DNA of 64,000 bases from positions 17,732,001 through 17,796,000 of the forward strand of contig JBHGNT010000013.1 in the NCBI GenBank assembly GCA_043228905.1, given 5' to 3'. Below the pieces are notes generated by a model. It was not told the origin of the DNA and made no database searches. It was given only the letters and a program-made list of their open reading frames with translations. Source of the stretch: Azolla caroliniana (Eukaryota; Plantae; Polypodiophyta). Made by a program: the position numbers and the translations under genes. How positions within the stretch are numbered: the stretch's first letter is position 1; every line of letters starts with the position of its first letter. Of this stretch, positions 1 to 13,200 are shown piece by piece.

Positions 1-1894
1 ATAAACATTATGACAAATTTCTCTTTAAGGTTGTTGAATAGAGAATAAAGGTGTGCATAGAAACAATTACTCAACTAAGATGAAGCTCTATCATGGGATA
101 CCCACAAAAACAAGAAAAGAAAATCACCTAAAAAAATAGAGCAAGTGTGAAATTTTACAATTTTCTACAATGGGATGATATGTTTACTAGGCCGTACCCC
201 ATCCTTCTTAGAAATAAGGGAAATATTGTAAACTTATGAAATCTTAATAAGTTGCCACAATGGTGATGTGGGTGACTGATGATAATAAACCCTAAACCTA
301 TGAAATAAGGACATTGGCCTGGTTATATAAGGCCACAACCTAGGTGTGTTTTACGTGGCCCTAACATATCCTTCTTAGACATCAAGTAGATCTTGCAAAA
401 TTATGAAGCCTTAATAGATTGCCACATCACTAACATGGGTGACATGTTCAATGTTCACAAAGAGCCAAGTGGGTCTTATGGTCGAACCAAAGCACACAAG
501 GAGGAAATGAGGGAAGAATAAGGAAACATAAATAATGTTGAGATTTAGAAAAGTAAAGTAAAGAAAATATGCTTGGAAAGCATTCTATCTCTTTTTGTTA
601 ATCTCCGGAAAGGGGAGTTATGAGGACCTTCAATGGGTCTTTTTGGATGAGGAAAGGATTGAGTGAGAAAGGGATTAGTAAAGGGGAAAAGTAAATAAAT
701 TAAAGGAGATATAAGACAAGGTAGAAAATATACTTTTCATCCAAAAATATTTATCGTGGTGTGTTAGAGCAATATGTTTTCATTGAAGATATCTAGGCTT
801 ATAGCCCTTAATTTTTAGAGCTATTAAGAAAGTATACTTTTCATCCTAAACATTTGACGTGGCTTGTTGGAACAAGATGTTTTCATTGAAGATATATATG
901 CTTATTGCTTTTAAATTTAAGTGTAATTGAGATTATGATGTCACTTTCACACGTCATTAAGTTATGAAAATATATTAACACTTGTCTTGACATGTGTTAC
1001 AACTTACAATGTTTTGCCAACTTTATACTTGCATTAGGTTTATTCGCTTCCGGAGCAACTCATTCTTGTCTTGGCTTTTCACGAGGATTAAGGCTTTTGT
1101 CAATGAAGTTGCTCTATTTCAACCGATTTCCTTTTCTTATTTATATTTCATATTGAGACAACAATGGAACAACCACATTGATATTGTACTTTCACAATGT
1201 TACTCATATCATCTATATGATCACATGGGCCCCATTGAAAACTTTTTACTTCTCAAGCTAAATAGCGCCACACGTTGTGGCATCGCTAGTGGAACGTGGC
1301 TCATGATGATTCACAAAATATCCAAATGCTAACAGAGGAACTTGGAAGAGTCTTTGCCTTCATAAAGTGTCCAAATTCTGTCCAAAGAAGAGTCTTTGCT
1401 CCTAAATAAATATCAAAATGCTCTAAGAGGAAGTCTTGTCTCACAAAATTATTAAAATGCTCAAGGATGAAAGTAGTGAATGAGTTTGTTTGTGTTGGGC
1501 TGCTAAAAGTGGGGACGATATGAGGAAGGATGCAACTTTTTTCCACCAATGAAGAATATACAACTTTATAAGTCGACCCGTCAAAGATTTTGATTGACAA
1601 AGAAGTGGCGATGGCAATACGTATTAACAAGGGAAACTTGCAAGGCCAACGCGAACAAGGTAAACTCTCGTGACAAAATTCGAGGAACAATGAAAAGCTA
1701 GTTTTAAATACCATTCTAACAACAAGATAAGTGTGAGCACGTCTTCCCGTAAAGCGAAAATTTCGACACAAGTGTGAACCAAAGGCTTAGAGTGAAAAGA
1801 GGTGGTCGTGAGATGGCGAGAAGGGGAACGGACAAAATGTGGACATGGGCGAGAGGGGAGTGCATGGGGCCGAAAGGAACGTCGGAGAAAGCTC

Positions 1895-2110
1895 TGTGTG
1901 TGTGTGTGTGTGTTGGTGGGTTGTTGCGCGACCACGTGAGGCGTACGCGTGCGTGTGAACGAGGGACAAGCAAAGATATGGTTGAACAAGTCAACAAGGC
2001 CAAAGGAGAAATGAGAGAGATGAAGCAATGCATGTCACACATGTGACATCAATGGGTGTTGTGTGAGAAAGAAAAGGAAGAATGAGTCAATGGGTGGCCA
2101 TTGTATAAAA
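1895..2110 (+). promoter_or_regulatory. Putative PKS promoter: (GT)n 1895-1912, G-box CACGTG 1933-1938, TATA box TATAAAA 2104-2110
   Basis: Motifs read directly, about 300-500 bp upstream of the ATG; function is inferred. Confidence 0.45.
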
Positions 2111-2403
2111 GAGGGCAATGGAAGGCTCCCAATCTTAACTACAAAAGAGTGAGTAAGAGGGAAAGAGAGAAGCATAAAGAGGTTTCAAGCTCAAATCTTG
2201 GTTTCCAACACAAACAATCCTTCTTGAAAAAGAACTCTCTTCTAATCTCATCTAATCATATATCTAATCTTTAAGGGAGGTTTTCCTTCTTTCTTTCTTC
2301 TTCCAAACATTGAACAAGCACAACAAAGAAATTAAGTGTTAATTTCCTCTTACCAATCTAATCTTCACCCAAAAGCTTGTAGATTTCTTCCTTCATTCAC
2401 ACC

Positions 2404-3997
2404 ATGTTTCTCGAGGTAGAGGTTGCTGCCCAAGGTCGCCGTGAATGGGTTCCCGCCGAGGAGGTTCCTGGGACACCGCGCCCCACGTGCCCCACATGGA
2501 TCGAACAACCCTCGCCCCGTCCAGCCGCCCTCCCCGAAGGCCCCACTTGGGTCGAGCCACCCTCCCCCCGCCTCACGGCCGCCTCGGGCCTCTCCCAGGA
2601 TTCGGCCCCCGAGCGTAGGCTCAACGAGTTCCCTCCCCGCCACAAACCCCGTGCCGCCGTGCTCGCCATGGGCCGCGCCACCCCGCCCAACAAGATCACC
2701 CAGTCCACCTACACCGATTGGTACTTCAAGGTCACCGGCTGCGAGGACAAGGTCCAGCTTAAGCAAAAGATGCAACGGATTTGTAAGTTGGTTCCTCGGC
2801 AATTCTCTTACAAAAATCCTATTAACCCTAACCCAAATTCCCTTTCCAAAAACAAACAAAAAAAAGAAGGATAGATCTGGGTAAAACCACTAAAATTGTG
2901 GTTAAATTTGCATGAAACCCTAAAATCGTGGTTAAATTTGCATGGTGAAACCCCTTCTAAACCCTCCTGGGGAGCCTAAAACTCTTTCCGAAATTTATGC
3001 AGGTGATAGATCTGGCATCGACACGAGGTACTCGATCCTCACCGAGGAATTGCTGAAGGAGCACCCCGAGTTCTATACCCCGGGCGAGCCAAGCATCGAG
3101 CAGAGGAACTCGCTCTTTGCGGTCGAGGTCCCGAAGCTTGCCCACGAGGCGGCTATCCAGGCGATCAACGAGTGGGGCCGTCCGGCGACCGAGATTACCC
3201 ACCTCGTGGTGGCCACCTTGACCGGAGTGGCCATCCCGGGGGCCGATGTCATGCTCACCAAATCCCTAGGCCTCCGGCCGGATGTGAAACGGGTCATGCT
3301 CTACATGCTCGGGTGCTATGCCGGGATCACGGCCCTCCGTGTGGCCAAGGACTTGGCCGAGAACAACCCCGGATCCCGGATCCTCATCTGTTGTAGCGAG
3401 CTCGCGGCCCCGACCTTCCGGGCGCCCAATGAGAAGTTCCCTTACGATCTCGTAGGGACAGCTCTCTTCGGGGATGGAGCCTCGGGCGTGATCGTGGGGG
3501 CCGATCCCGACCCCAAGATCGAGCGGCCATTCTACGAGATCGAGTGGGTGGGCGAGGTCTTGGCCCCCGACTCGGACAAGATCATCGAAGGCACGATGAA
3601 GCTCGAGGGCTTGCAATTCTACCTCGATCGCACCCTCCCGTCCCTCGTCTCGAAGCATGTCGGATCCTTCTGCCTCAAGGCCTTGGAGAACATAGAAGGG
3701 GATGATTCGAAGAAGGGGTTCAATGATGTGTTTTGGGCTGTGCATTCGGGTGGGCCGGCCATATTGAACGCGGTGGAGGAGGCGATGCAGCTCTCGCCCG
3801 AGAAGCTTGCGGCCAGCCGCCACATCCTAAAGAACTACGGGAACATCTCGGCCTCGACCGTGTTGTTCGTGTTGGATGAGCTTCGGCGTAAGGACTCGGA
3901 TGCGGACAACCAGGAGGGGTGTGAGTGGGGAATTGCCGTGGCTTTCGGGCCCGGGGTCACGATCGAAGGCGCGCTACTGAGGCGGTGCGGCCAATAG
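2404..3997 (+). CDS. Type III polyketide synthase (chalcone synthase superfamily; non-CHS, ASCL/ORS-like); join(2404..2782,3003..3997), ~457 aa
   Basis: Single GT-AG intron 2783..3002 splits the Cys codon of RIC|DRSGIDTRY, the conserved CHS-family intron position. Catalytic Cys (GCYAG), His (HSGGPAIL) and Asn (YGNISAST) are present, plus ALFGDGA and C-terminal FGPG. ORFs 2404..2874 and 2942..3997 are the two exons read into the intron. Confidence 0.95.
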
Positions 3998-4829
3998 GTA
4001 GTCTTTTTTCATTAAGTTAAGGAGTGTCCGGGATCGGAGATCTGGCCGGGCCGGGGGATCGGGATTTGGTATCATTTAGCAAAACTTAAGGAAAAACACC
4101 CATCTATCAAAAGAAAAGAGAAGAGTGACAAAAATAATAAAACAAAAAAAAAAACGCCACATTTGGATAAGTGCACAAAAAAAAACCCAACAAATGCCAA
4201 AACTTTTGCTTTCTTTTTTAAAAACCTTCATATTGTTATGTATTGTAGCTCAATAACCTTCTTTTGCTGGTTCTTTGTCAAAAAATGGTGGAAAATAAAT
4301 ATATAGAAGGAATCTTATATATTTCCTTCTTCCTCCCTATCAATAAAAAAAGCTTCTTTACCTTCTTCCTCTTGTTGTAGACAAAATTTGCTTTATGATT
4401 AATGTATTTTTTTTCTTAATTAAAGACAAATGTTGTAACTTTAAGACAAAAGAGTTGGATACCCACTACAGACACCCCCCACTTTCTTTTTTACTTTCTT
4501 TAGGTGAAATATCCATTCACTACATTTTTCTTATTATGTACTTGGGCCGCCCAAGATATGTATTCATACATATGGAGAGTAGATTTAAAATTATATGTAG
4601 CTTTGACAGACTTTTTACGATCTACTAGCCAACCCTTTGTCTTTGTCTTTCTCTAACCCTTTAATAGTTTGGATGGTGCATAACAAATGTCTTGCACCAC
4701 TTGCCATAACAAAGTTTGGGCATTCATGCACTTGTGTCATAGCCCTTGGCATGTGGGAACATCTATTGTTTTCACGCAACGGATGGTTTTGTCAGATGAC
4801 GAGGAGGTTGTAGGTGCAAGTGGTTACAT

Positions 4830-6375
4830 TGTTTATGGAATTGTCTACATCCACCAAGTTGGAGCTAAACACACGATCCATATATTAGATTTAAATTATG
4901 CATTAGATTTAAATTATGCATGGCTTGAACTGAGCATGACTGTTTATGGAATGTCTACATCCACCAAGTTAGAGCTACACAAACGATCCATATATTAGAT
5001 TTAAATTATGCATGGCTTGAACTGAGCGAGACTTCTACATTGGTTGTCATAGACCATAACCCAACCAAATAGAGATGAGGTAAATGGGAGTACATTTAAA
5101 TTTATGCATATCTCAAGTAGAGTTGCTCAAGACAAAAGAGTGTAAATGAGAATTACATGATCATAGCTTGATCAAATTAGAGAACTTGTGGTTTGATAAA
5201 AGATCACTTGATGCTCCTTTGTAGTTCATAAATTTAGCAATTCATGTATGTTAAGATATGCTCCACGATGAGGGTCACAAAACTCGTAGATTATTAAATT
5301 AGAGTCAAAACTTGTGCTCTAAAAAAACATCACTTGATACTCCTTTGTAGTTGATAAATTTAGCAACTTGTGCATGTTATACTCCACGATGAAGAGTCAC
5401 AAAACTCGTGTCAAGTTGTGAAAATTGTGGCACGATTGATTGTGCGGTGTCTTTTAGGAATGTATTTGCAAACTCTTAGTCTAGAGATGAAACGTTTAGG
5501 AATGTAAACGATGCACATTGTAAGTATTTAATTTGTAACAATCTTTTCTTCTTCATAAGTGGTTTTTTTATGATAATGGATAAGGTCGTTGTATATCCTA
5601 ATATTGAAGATTTGTGGGGATTCTATCTTAGCTAAGATTGTTGTACTATGTCCAATGTCCACACTTGACCAACTATGCTCATTAAAAACCCTTGTGGAAC
5701 TCACTTTATTGCCAACTTTCTAATCGTAGAATTAGAATTGCCACTTTGTCATCGAGTTTGTAACCGTAGAATTGTACATCCTTGGAGTGGATTCCACTTG
5801 GATGGAATGTGAAGAAATAAATAGAAAGAGGAGATGCATTACATTCACATGGATGGAATATGAAGAAATAAATAGAAAGATGAGATGCATTACATTTGCT
5901 TCAGGATGGCTCAATAGATTCCTTCATGAATGGGACATTTTTGCAACATCACAAGCTGGGAAAATATGCGGAGGTTCACGTTTCACATATTGCATTGATT
6001 ATGTCGCATCAAACTTCAAAACCACATATTTTCTCTTGAGTCCATCCTTTTGTTTGCGAACCACATTGTTGCTTTCACACGAGTTAGCTCACATTCTCTT
6101 TGATCTAAATGGGGTCTTGGGCAAAAGAAAGGAGATTCCTCAACCATGCATATTTTGCCTCGAACAAGTTTATGAATAAGTAATCACACAATAGTATATT
6201 ATTACTCCACATTTGAGTTTGCTTTCACATGAGTTACCTCACATTCTCTTTGATGTAATCGGGGGCTTGGGCAAAAGAAAGGAGACCCCTCGATCATGCA
6301 TATTTTGTCCCGGACAAGTTTATGAATGAGTAATCACAATTTGATATATTACTCCACATTTGTGTTTGCTTTCTA
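4830..6375. repeat. Cluster of local tandem duplications (~110 bp at 4830-5027; ~125 bp at 5170-5410; ~48 bp at 5797-5895; ~145 bp at 6060-6375)
   Basis: Directly visible repeated strings, e.g. TGTTTATGGAAT..TCTACATCCACCAAGTT twice and TTGGGCAAAAGAAAGGAGA..CAAGTTTATGAAT twice. Confidence 0.8.
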
Positions 6376-7528
6376 CCTTAGACACATTTCTTTCCAATTT
6401 ACTATTTGAACTCTCAATTGCGACATTCATTAGTAAAATTCTTAACACATGGATAAACTCCACACTTCTTATGTGAAAATGCATCACTTTTTGTTCCATT
6501 GGTCGTATTCTATCTCCATGGATAATAACAAAACCTGTCTCTCTCTTCCTCTTTGTTCGATGCCTTAAAAGCTCCACCACGTAAATAGTGGTAGTTTTAG
6601 TAGCATCGACAGACTAGAACATGAACATCATTGAAAGCACCTTTTCTTTTTATATTAGTCATTTTATGATGAATGTGGATAAGTTTCTTCCTTGTCGGTT
6701 CTCACCTACTCTTAATCTATCTTAGAAATTCAACGACGTAAAACTAAAGTTATAATAGTCATTGTAACTCATATGATGGATAAGACTAGTTGACTTTCCA
6801 TACTCCCATTTCCACCTCATCACCACCTATCCCATTTCCATATTATCGGCTCACATCTCTCTATCGCTCTCTACCCATTTTTTAAGTTCAATTTTTGGTT
6901 TAGTAATTAAAAATCCCTCCATGGACTTTATAATATCACCATAAAGTACAAGTAATATTTTAACTTCTAGCATCTTTTTTGTCTATTTGACACATCCCCT
7001 ACTAGGTAAATCAATGTTAGGCCTAGAAGGCCAACACCTTCGTCGAGGATAGTGATGATGTAAAGTATCACGGTAATATTTTAAAGAGAATAAACTTTAT
7101 ACACAATAGATGTAAGATAGTCAAGTGTATACACAAGAGAGAAGTAGATTATGTGTGTGCGCGTTATGTATATATGTGTGAATTAGATGAGAGAGAGTAA
7201 CTCAGAATAGAACAAAATTTTTTATTGTCCATGAGGAGGCCAATTTTGACCTATGCGAATCAATAAACATATCATCTTGTATGAGATTCCTACTCTATGG
7301 TAAAAATTCACCATGTGAAAATAATGCACACTACATGTATGTGTCCGCACACACATATGTGCAATGAAAACCTAGAGGAGGATGGAAATTACCTACAAGT
7401 ATAATCATCTTCCACTAAGTGAGATTTGGCAGCCAACCTTCAATATATCCAAACATGGTTGATCCTAGTGAACCTAGTACGGAAGCCCACTCACACTCAT
7501 GTTTATGTGAATGACAACAATGAGTCGA

Positions 7529-8700
7529 GTTTTTTATTTTTTTAGTAACACTTTTATTACTAGCGGGAAACCTCAAAGTGAGGTAAAAACCCACAAAGAA
7601 TAAAGAAAAATATACAAGTGTTGATTAGACACTAAAGGGCTTAAAAGCACTCAAAGCAAAGGTTGTAAATTTGGAGTGTGATGTCTCTAAGTTGTGGACA
7701 ATCAAATAGAGATTGCCTGAGGGATTGCTTAAAGAAGCTAACTTCATGCAATTGGTTTCGATCAAAGACCTTATTATTGCGGGCTGTCCAAATGGTCCAA
7801 AGTGCCCAAAATCGTGTCCATTGGAGAAAATAGGCATTGTCAGATAGGGCGCATGGAATTTGTCCAAATATCCAAAAGTGTTTACCAAACCTTCGGCCAG
7901 GAAATCTGTGATAAAGAGATGCACTTAGTCTTTGTACAAATGTTGTGTGGGACTGTTTCCAATCGTCCACCACATCTTGCACAATGCGGCGAGGCTATCA
8001 ATCGCTTTTGAAGATTCGACCTAGTTGGGAGCACACCCAATAAGCATCTCCATAGGAATACCCGTTGCTTAAGTGGAAGACCAGAGCTCCATAAGCTTGC
8101 AAGCCTGTTATTCCACCAGGACTGCGTTTTGTGTAGGTTCCATAATGCATTTGCATGTTCGTGAAACTATGGGATAGGTTGCAACAACATATACACGGAA
8201 TGTGTTGTAATGTTATGCATTGGAATAACAATGTTCCCTTTTTGTAACATCCAATCCTGAATCTTGCAATCTCCATTGAGAGGTGGCGTAGGTACTAAGG
8301 AAAGCACCAACTTAGTGACTTGATTCCATATAACGCGATGATGTGGCCCAAGACTGAAGTGCAATAAGTGGCCTTGGTCATTTATCACATCTACAATTGA
8401 TTTCAGCCCCTTCTTTACTAAAAAATAAGCTTTCCTAGGCTCTTGTTCAGCTAATGACTGTGGGAATATAGCACTCCAGTGTAAGCTTTCAAACAACAAT
8501 GAGTCGATTGTTTTACATGTGCAATGACACTTATGGAACATATAGGAAGGTTCATGCAAATTACACGAGCTTATGAACCACCCTAACTTAGAGAGCCATG
8601 GTTCACAAGTGGGTACAAATAGAAACGAGGCATGGGATTTGGCACCACTTAAATTAAGGTCCATCATTGGATCTAGCAATATACCCTTATTATGTTTGAG
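7529..8700 (-). mobile_element. L1-type LINE 3' fragment (zf-RVT region) with poly(A) tail, degenerate
   Basis: Minus-strand PHCARCGGRLETVPH zinc knuckle and WALWTIWTARNNKVF motif, upstream LSGAKSHA..CEPWL..LG; poly-T at about 7529-7544 on the + strand. Confidence 0.75.
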
Positions 8701-9456
8701 GTTACAATGGAGTATGCATTGATTATACCTTTAACATCTATTTTAATGTGATCAAGTGCAATTATAGTTCAATATCTTACAACAGTATGAGATCGAGGCA
8801 TACCAAGTTGGGTGATTTGATGTTAGTCTAGATCTCAATTTCTCCCTTAGAGTGCATGGAACCAAGGCTTAATCTTAATGTATACCAAATGGGCCATAGA
8901 ATTTGCTATAACAAAGAAGAAGAACGCGTCAATCTAGTGAGATTTAAATTAGTGCTTATATTACATCAACAATTGAAGTTGAATAAGTTGACTGCTATGG
9001 TGCTAGCATTGATCTTCCTCTCACTTACAATATTTGGACACCGTGGATACCCCTATGAGGGATGTCCCCATGACTCATAAGCACTCACTCTCGCTTCCTC
9101 GTCTCTGTGTAACGACTCTTTCTACCGTTGTTGTCGTCGTTTATTGCCGTCGCCGTCGTCTGCAGACGCTGTCTGCTGCCGACTATTGCTGTCGTCATTT
9201 GACAACTACTGTTGTCTTCTACCGTCTGCAGTCGTCGTCTGCCGTCTGCTGCCGCCGTCACCGTCGTCGTCGCGGGGTGTTTCTTCTCCGTTTTCTCTTG
9301 ACGTTGTGAAGTGCCATTTTCTTGACGAGTTCGTGGGTGGGTTCTTTTGGTGTGCTCGTCGCGTGCTACAAAATGCCGATGTGATTGCGACATACACACA
9401 AACTCAGCTAAGTCTCGAACCCATTTATTTTACCTTTTTTTCTTATTGACACCAAA

Positions 9457-10269
9457 ATGACGTCTAAACGAACTAAGGAACATAAGGATAGACAAGACGA
9501 GGCTATAAGTAAGGAGGACTTTTTAGATATGTTTAATCGTTTAACAAAAATAGAGATGGATATGAAAAAATGGGTGAAAGACGCCGAAACCCACAAGAAA
9601 AAAGATAGAGAGGAAAAAGACGCCCTCAAGGCCGAAATAGAACAACTTAAAGTGGCAAACACCGACCTTAAAAAACAACTTAAGGACATCGAGGTATCTC
9701 GAGAAGACGGTGAAATATCCTCTATAGAGGATATAAAGGACGAAATTAAAAAAGTTAAAGAGGAAGTTAATAATAACATAGAGTTAGCTAAAATGGGTTG
9801 GGTGGATGTGGTTAAAAGAAACATTAAAAAAGAAATAAAAGATGAAAATATTGTTAATACCACCCTTGAAGAAGAGAAAATGCGTCAGGCCCGACGCTTA
9901 AATGTACGTGTCACTAGGCTTAAGGAAGGTGCATCCCCAAATGAGGATGCACAAACACTTGGGAAAATGTTAGGGTACACAGAGGCCCTACCTATCACCA
10001 AAGCATGGAGGGTCGAGCGTGACACAACTAGGAAGAGAGCCTTAGTCCTTCAATTTAAAGACTTAGACTCTAGAATCACTTTCTTTAAGAAGAGACCAAT
10101 CCTTCGAGGAATGGGTGGGGACCCCATCTATCTCAATGAAGACCTCACTAAGATGCAAATTGAGCATCGCAAGAGTTGTATGTCACGAGTTATGCAAGCT
10201 CGTCAAGAAGGCCATCGCGCCTTTTACCGAGACGGGCGAGTGATCATAAATGATCGCACTACTAATTGA
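9457..10269 (+). CDS. LINE ORF1 protein (coiled coil + RRM-like), 270 aa
   Basis: Charged heptad N-half; RRLNVRVTRLKE, IYLNEDLT and YRDGRVIIN motifs typical of LINE ORF1. Confidence 0.85.
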   Translation: MTSKRTKEHKDRQDEAISKEDFLDMFNRLTKIEMDMKKWVKDAETHKKKDREEKDALKAEIEQLKVANTDLKKQLKDIEVSREDGEISSIEDIKDEIKKVKEEVNNNIELAKMGWVDVVKRNIKKEIKDENIVNTTLEEEKMRQARRLNVRVTRLKEGASPNEDAQTLGKMLGYTEALPITKAWRVERDTTRKRALVLQFKDLDSRITFFKKRPILRGMGGDPIYLNEDLTKMQIEHRKSCMSRVMQARQEGHRAFYRDGRVIINDRTTN

Positions 10270-10275
10270 CGGCGT

Positions 10276-13200
10276 GTGGCCCATGTGACAGAAAATGCAC
10301 TTAGGATGACCTTGTGGAATTGTAACGGCACACTCTGGGCACACCCCGGCCACCTAGAGGAGATACTAAAGGTATCTGATATACTTTTCTTGGTAGAAAC
10401 ACATCAGAGCCCAAATAGAGGACTCCCACAGGTCAAAGGATTCCGTTGGGAGTCCGCTTTTAGACAAACCTCACGTCGACACACTACTAGGGGATCTGGA
10501 GGTATCGCGATACTGTTTCGTAGAGAGCTACATAATAGGATAGAAATAATGAAGATAGACCTAGAAGCTCGTTTTATGTGGGTGAAAGTCTCCACAAGCA
10601 AAGACCAGGCAGTATTTTTCGCCATTTGTTACTTTCCCCCAAAAGGATCCCGTTATAATATTGGTGGCTTGGCGAGATTAGTCGATGAAGGAATGCCACA
10701 TGGGCCTTCTCCATACGAACCCCTATCGGATGACATAATCCGATATTCTTCCCAAGGAGAAGTATTTCTTGTAGGAGACTTCAATGCGAGAACCCAATCT
10801 CAACAATGCACAGTATTTCAGATGAATAGAAACCTAGAAATGGTAAATGTCGATCCTTTAGACATAGGCACCACACGTAGATCAAAGGATCAAGGTGCGG
10901 ACGCCATGAGCTTTGGCCATCATCTGCTCGAACTTGGCAGTCGGCATCGGATGGTCATATATAATGGTTTAGCTAAGTGGCCAGGTTCGGAAGAGCTCAC
11001 ATGTTTCCCACATGGAGGAGGGGAAAGCACAGTTGATTATCTAATAGGACACCTTGAAGCTACCCACATGATTAACTCCTTCCGAGTGGCCCCATGCCCT
11101 ATTGGCGCAGACCATAGTTTCTTATACTTCGAACTAAAATGTGATATCTCTAAGGTGACCAAGTCTAGTCAACCATGCCATCACACCACAATACATTTCA
11201 CACATGAGCTCTCTGACATATACTCTCAACATGTTCAGGCCCATCTCCCCTCCCTTGATCCCTCCCTACCGTTAGAAAGCCTTAGTACGAAACTCACACA
11301 CATCTTTCACTCCGCAGCAGCTAGCAGTTTCCCATATACAAAACACTCAAATCAAGGTAGATCAAGATCAATGCCACAAAATAAATGGTATGATGAGGAT
11401 TGTAGGGACTTACATAGACAACTTACAGTATCGCAACTCAATGGTAGTATTACCTCCATACAAGCTCGCAAAGAAATGCGCAAGACGACACGTCGTAAGA
11501 GACGAGCGTGGGAGGCATCCCAATATTGGGAACTCTACCATATGCTCATGAGTAGCGATTGCGCCACGGCATGGAAGAGACTACGGGAGCCAAGAACACA
11601 AACACCCATCGAAGATCCCGAAACTTGGCACACATATACAGAGAGACTTTACCAAATTCCAAACCAACCACCCATTCCAATGCCTTCCACACCCCGGCCT
11701 ACCACGGGGACACTTTTCACAACCTCTATAGTCATGAAGGTCATAAAGAAATTACAACATAGGAAGTCCATGGACCACACAGGACTGCGAGCAGAACACA
11801 TTATATATGCGAGAGAGTGCCTAGCTCCCTTGCTAACTCTAATCTTCAATCGTGCCCTTGCGGAGGGTTTTCCACCACAGTGGACTATGAATACAATGGC
11901 CCCCATACATAAAGGGGGGGACCCCATGGACCCAAATACATATATGACCATTATGATAGGCCATACCCTTGCTAAGTTATATGGTGCAGTAATGGAAGCA
12001 GAGCTTAGCGACTATATGGAGACCCTAAACCTTCGTGCACCTGAACAAGTTGGCTTTAGACGAGCCTTCTCCACTATTGATCATATCTTCACACTTAGAT
12101 GCCTAATTGACCAAACTAAGGCTCACAAGAAGAAATTATATTGTTGTTTTGTGGACTTCCGCAAAGCCTTTGACACAGTCCCTAGAGAGCGGTTGTTTGA
12201 TAGACATAAAAGCTTGAGGATACCAGATGATATGGTATGGGCCATCTGCACACTATATGAACAAGTGTCCGGGTGTGTCCGATGCCCAAGTGGCCTATAT
12301 AATCGTTTCACTAGCACTATTGGTGTAAAACAAGGTTGCCCCCTATCACCGACGCTTTTTGGGATCTACATTGATAAGATCACAAATTTTATTGCTCGTG
12401 AGGGAGGCACCGGAGTGGTCCTTGGGGATACGCAGGTTCGTATCTTGCTCTATGCGGATGACATAGTTTTGCTCTCTGAATCCGAACACGACCTACAAAG
12501 GCACCTTAATGCCTTAGATGACTTTTGTGTACAAAGAGGATTGGTAGTGAATCTAGGGAAAACGAAAGTCCTTATCTTCCACGCATCGGCCCAAGTTAGA
12601 GCTAAGTGTCACCTAACTATCTCCCATAGCCCAGTCGAGGTGGTTGGATCATACGTCTATCTCGAAGTCACTTTTAGTGCCCGCTCAGGTAAATTTTCAA
12701 TGACACAGGCAGCGAAGGATAGACTCACGAGAGGACATGCATCCTCTCACTCCTAGAGAGACAATGCCACCAAGCACACTTTCAAGAGCCACGGACTAAA
12801 GGGTGGCTCTTTGACTCATTAGTGACCCCCTCCCTCATGTATGCATCAACGGTTTGGGCTCCAGGATTACCATCTTTCATGTGGACGCAATTAGAGAGAC
12901 CATTGGTGATGATGCTATCACGCCAACTCCGAAGCAAATCGACTGTACCACATGACATTATTAGGGCTGAGTTCACGTTACCCCCAATGTTAGTAGAGGC
13001 ACTTTTTCAACTTGTAGTCTTCATCTCACCAACTTGAGATTGAGAATGGACGTACTAGTGGAGTCCCTAGGGAGGAAAGGATATGTAGGTTATGTCACAT
13101 AGAGATAGAGGATGAGTACCACTTTACATGCAAGTGTCCAACCTATGCCGAGATAAGGGCAAAATACCAAGACATACTTGGTTCATCTCCCACCCTCCCC

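Noticed and set aside
994-2046. Overlapping ORFs upstream of the PKS
   Set aside because: No recognisable domain; partly driven by the (GT)n repeat and probably decayed TE sequence.
2365-3825. Antisense and alternative-frame ORFs over the PKS
   Set aside because: Shadow ORFs caused by the high GC content of the real gene.
9034-9449. Arg/Cys/Thr-rich ORFs in the LINE 5' region
   Set aside because: Products of GTC/GCC low-complexity repeats in the 5'UTR.
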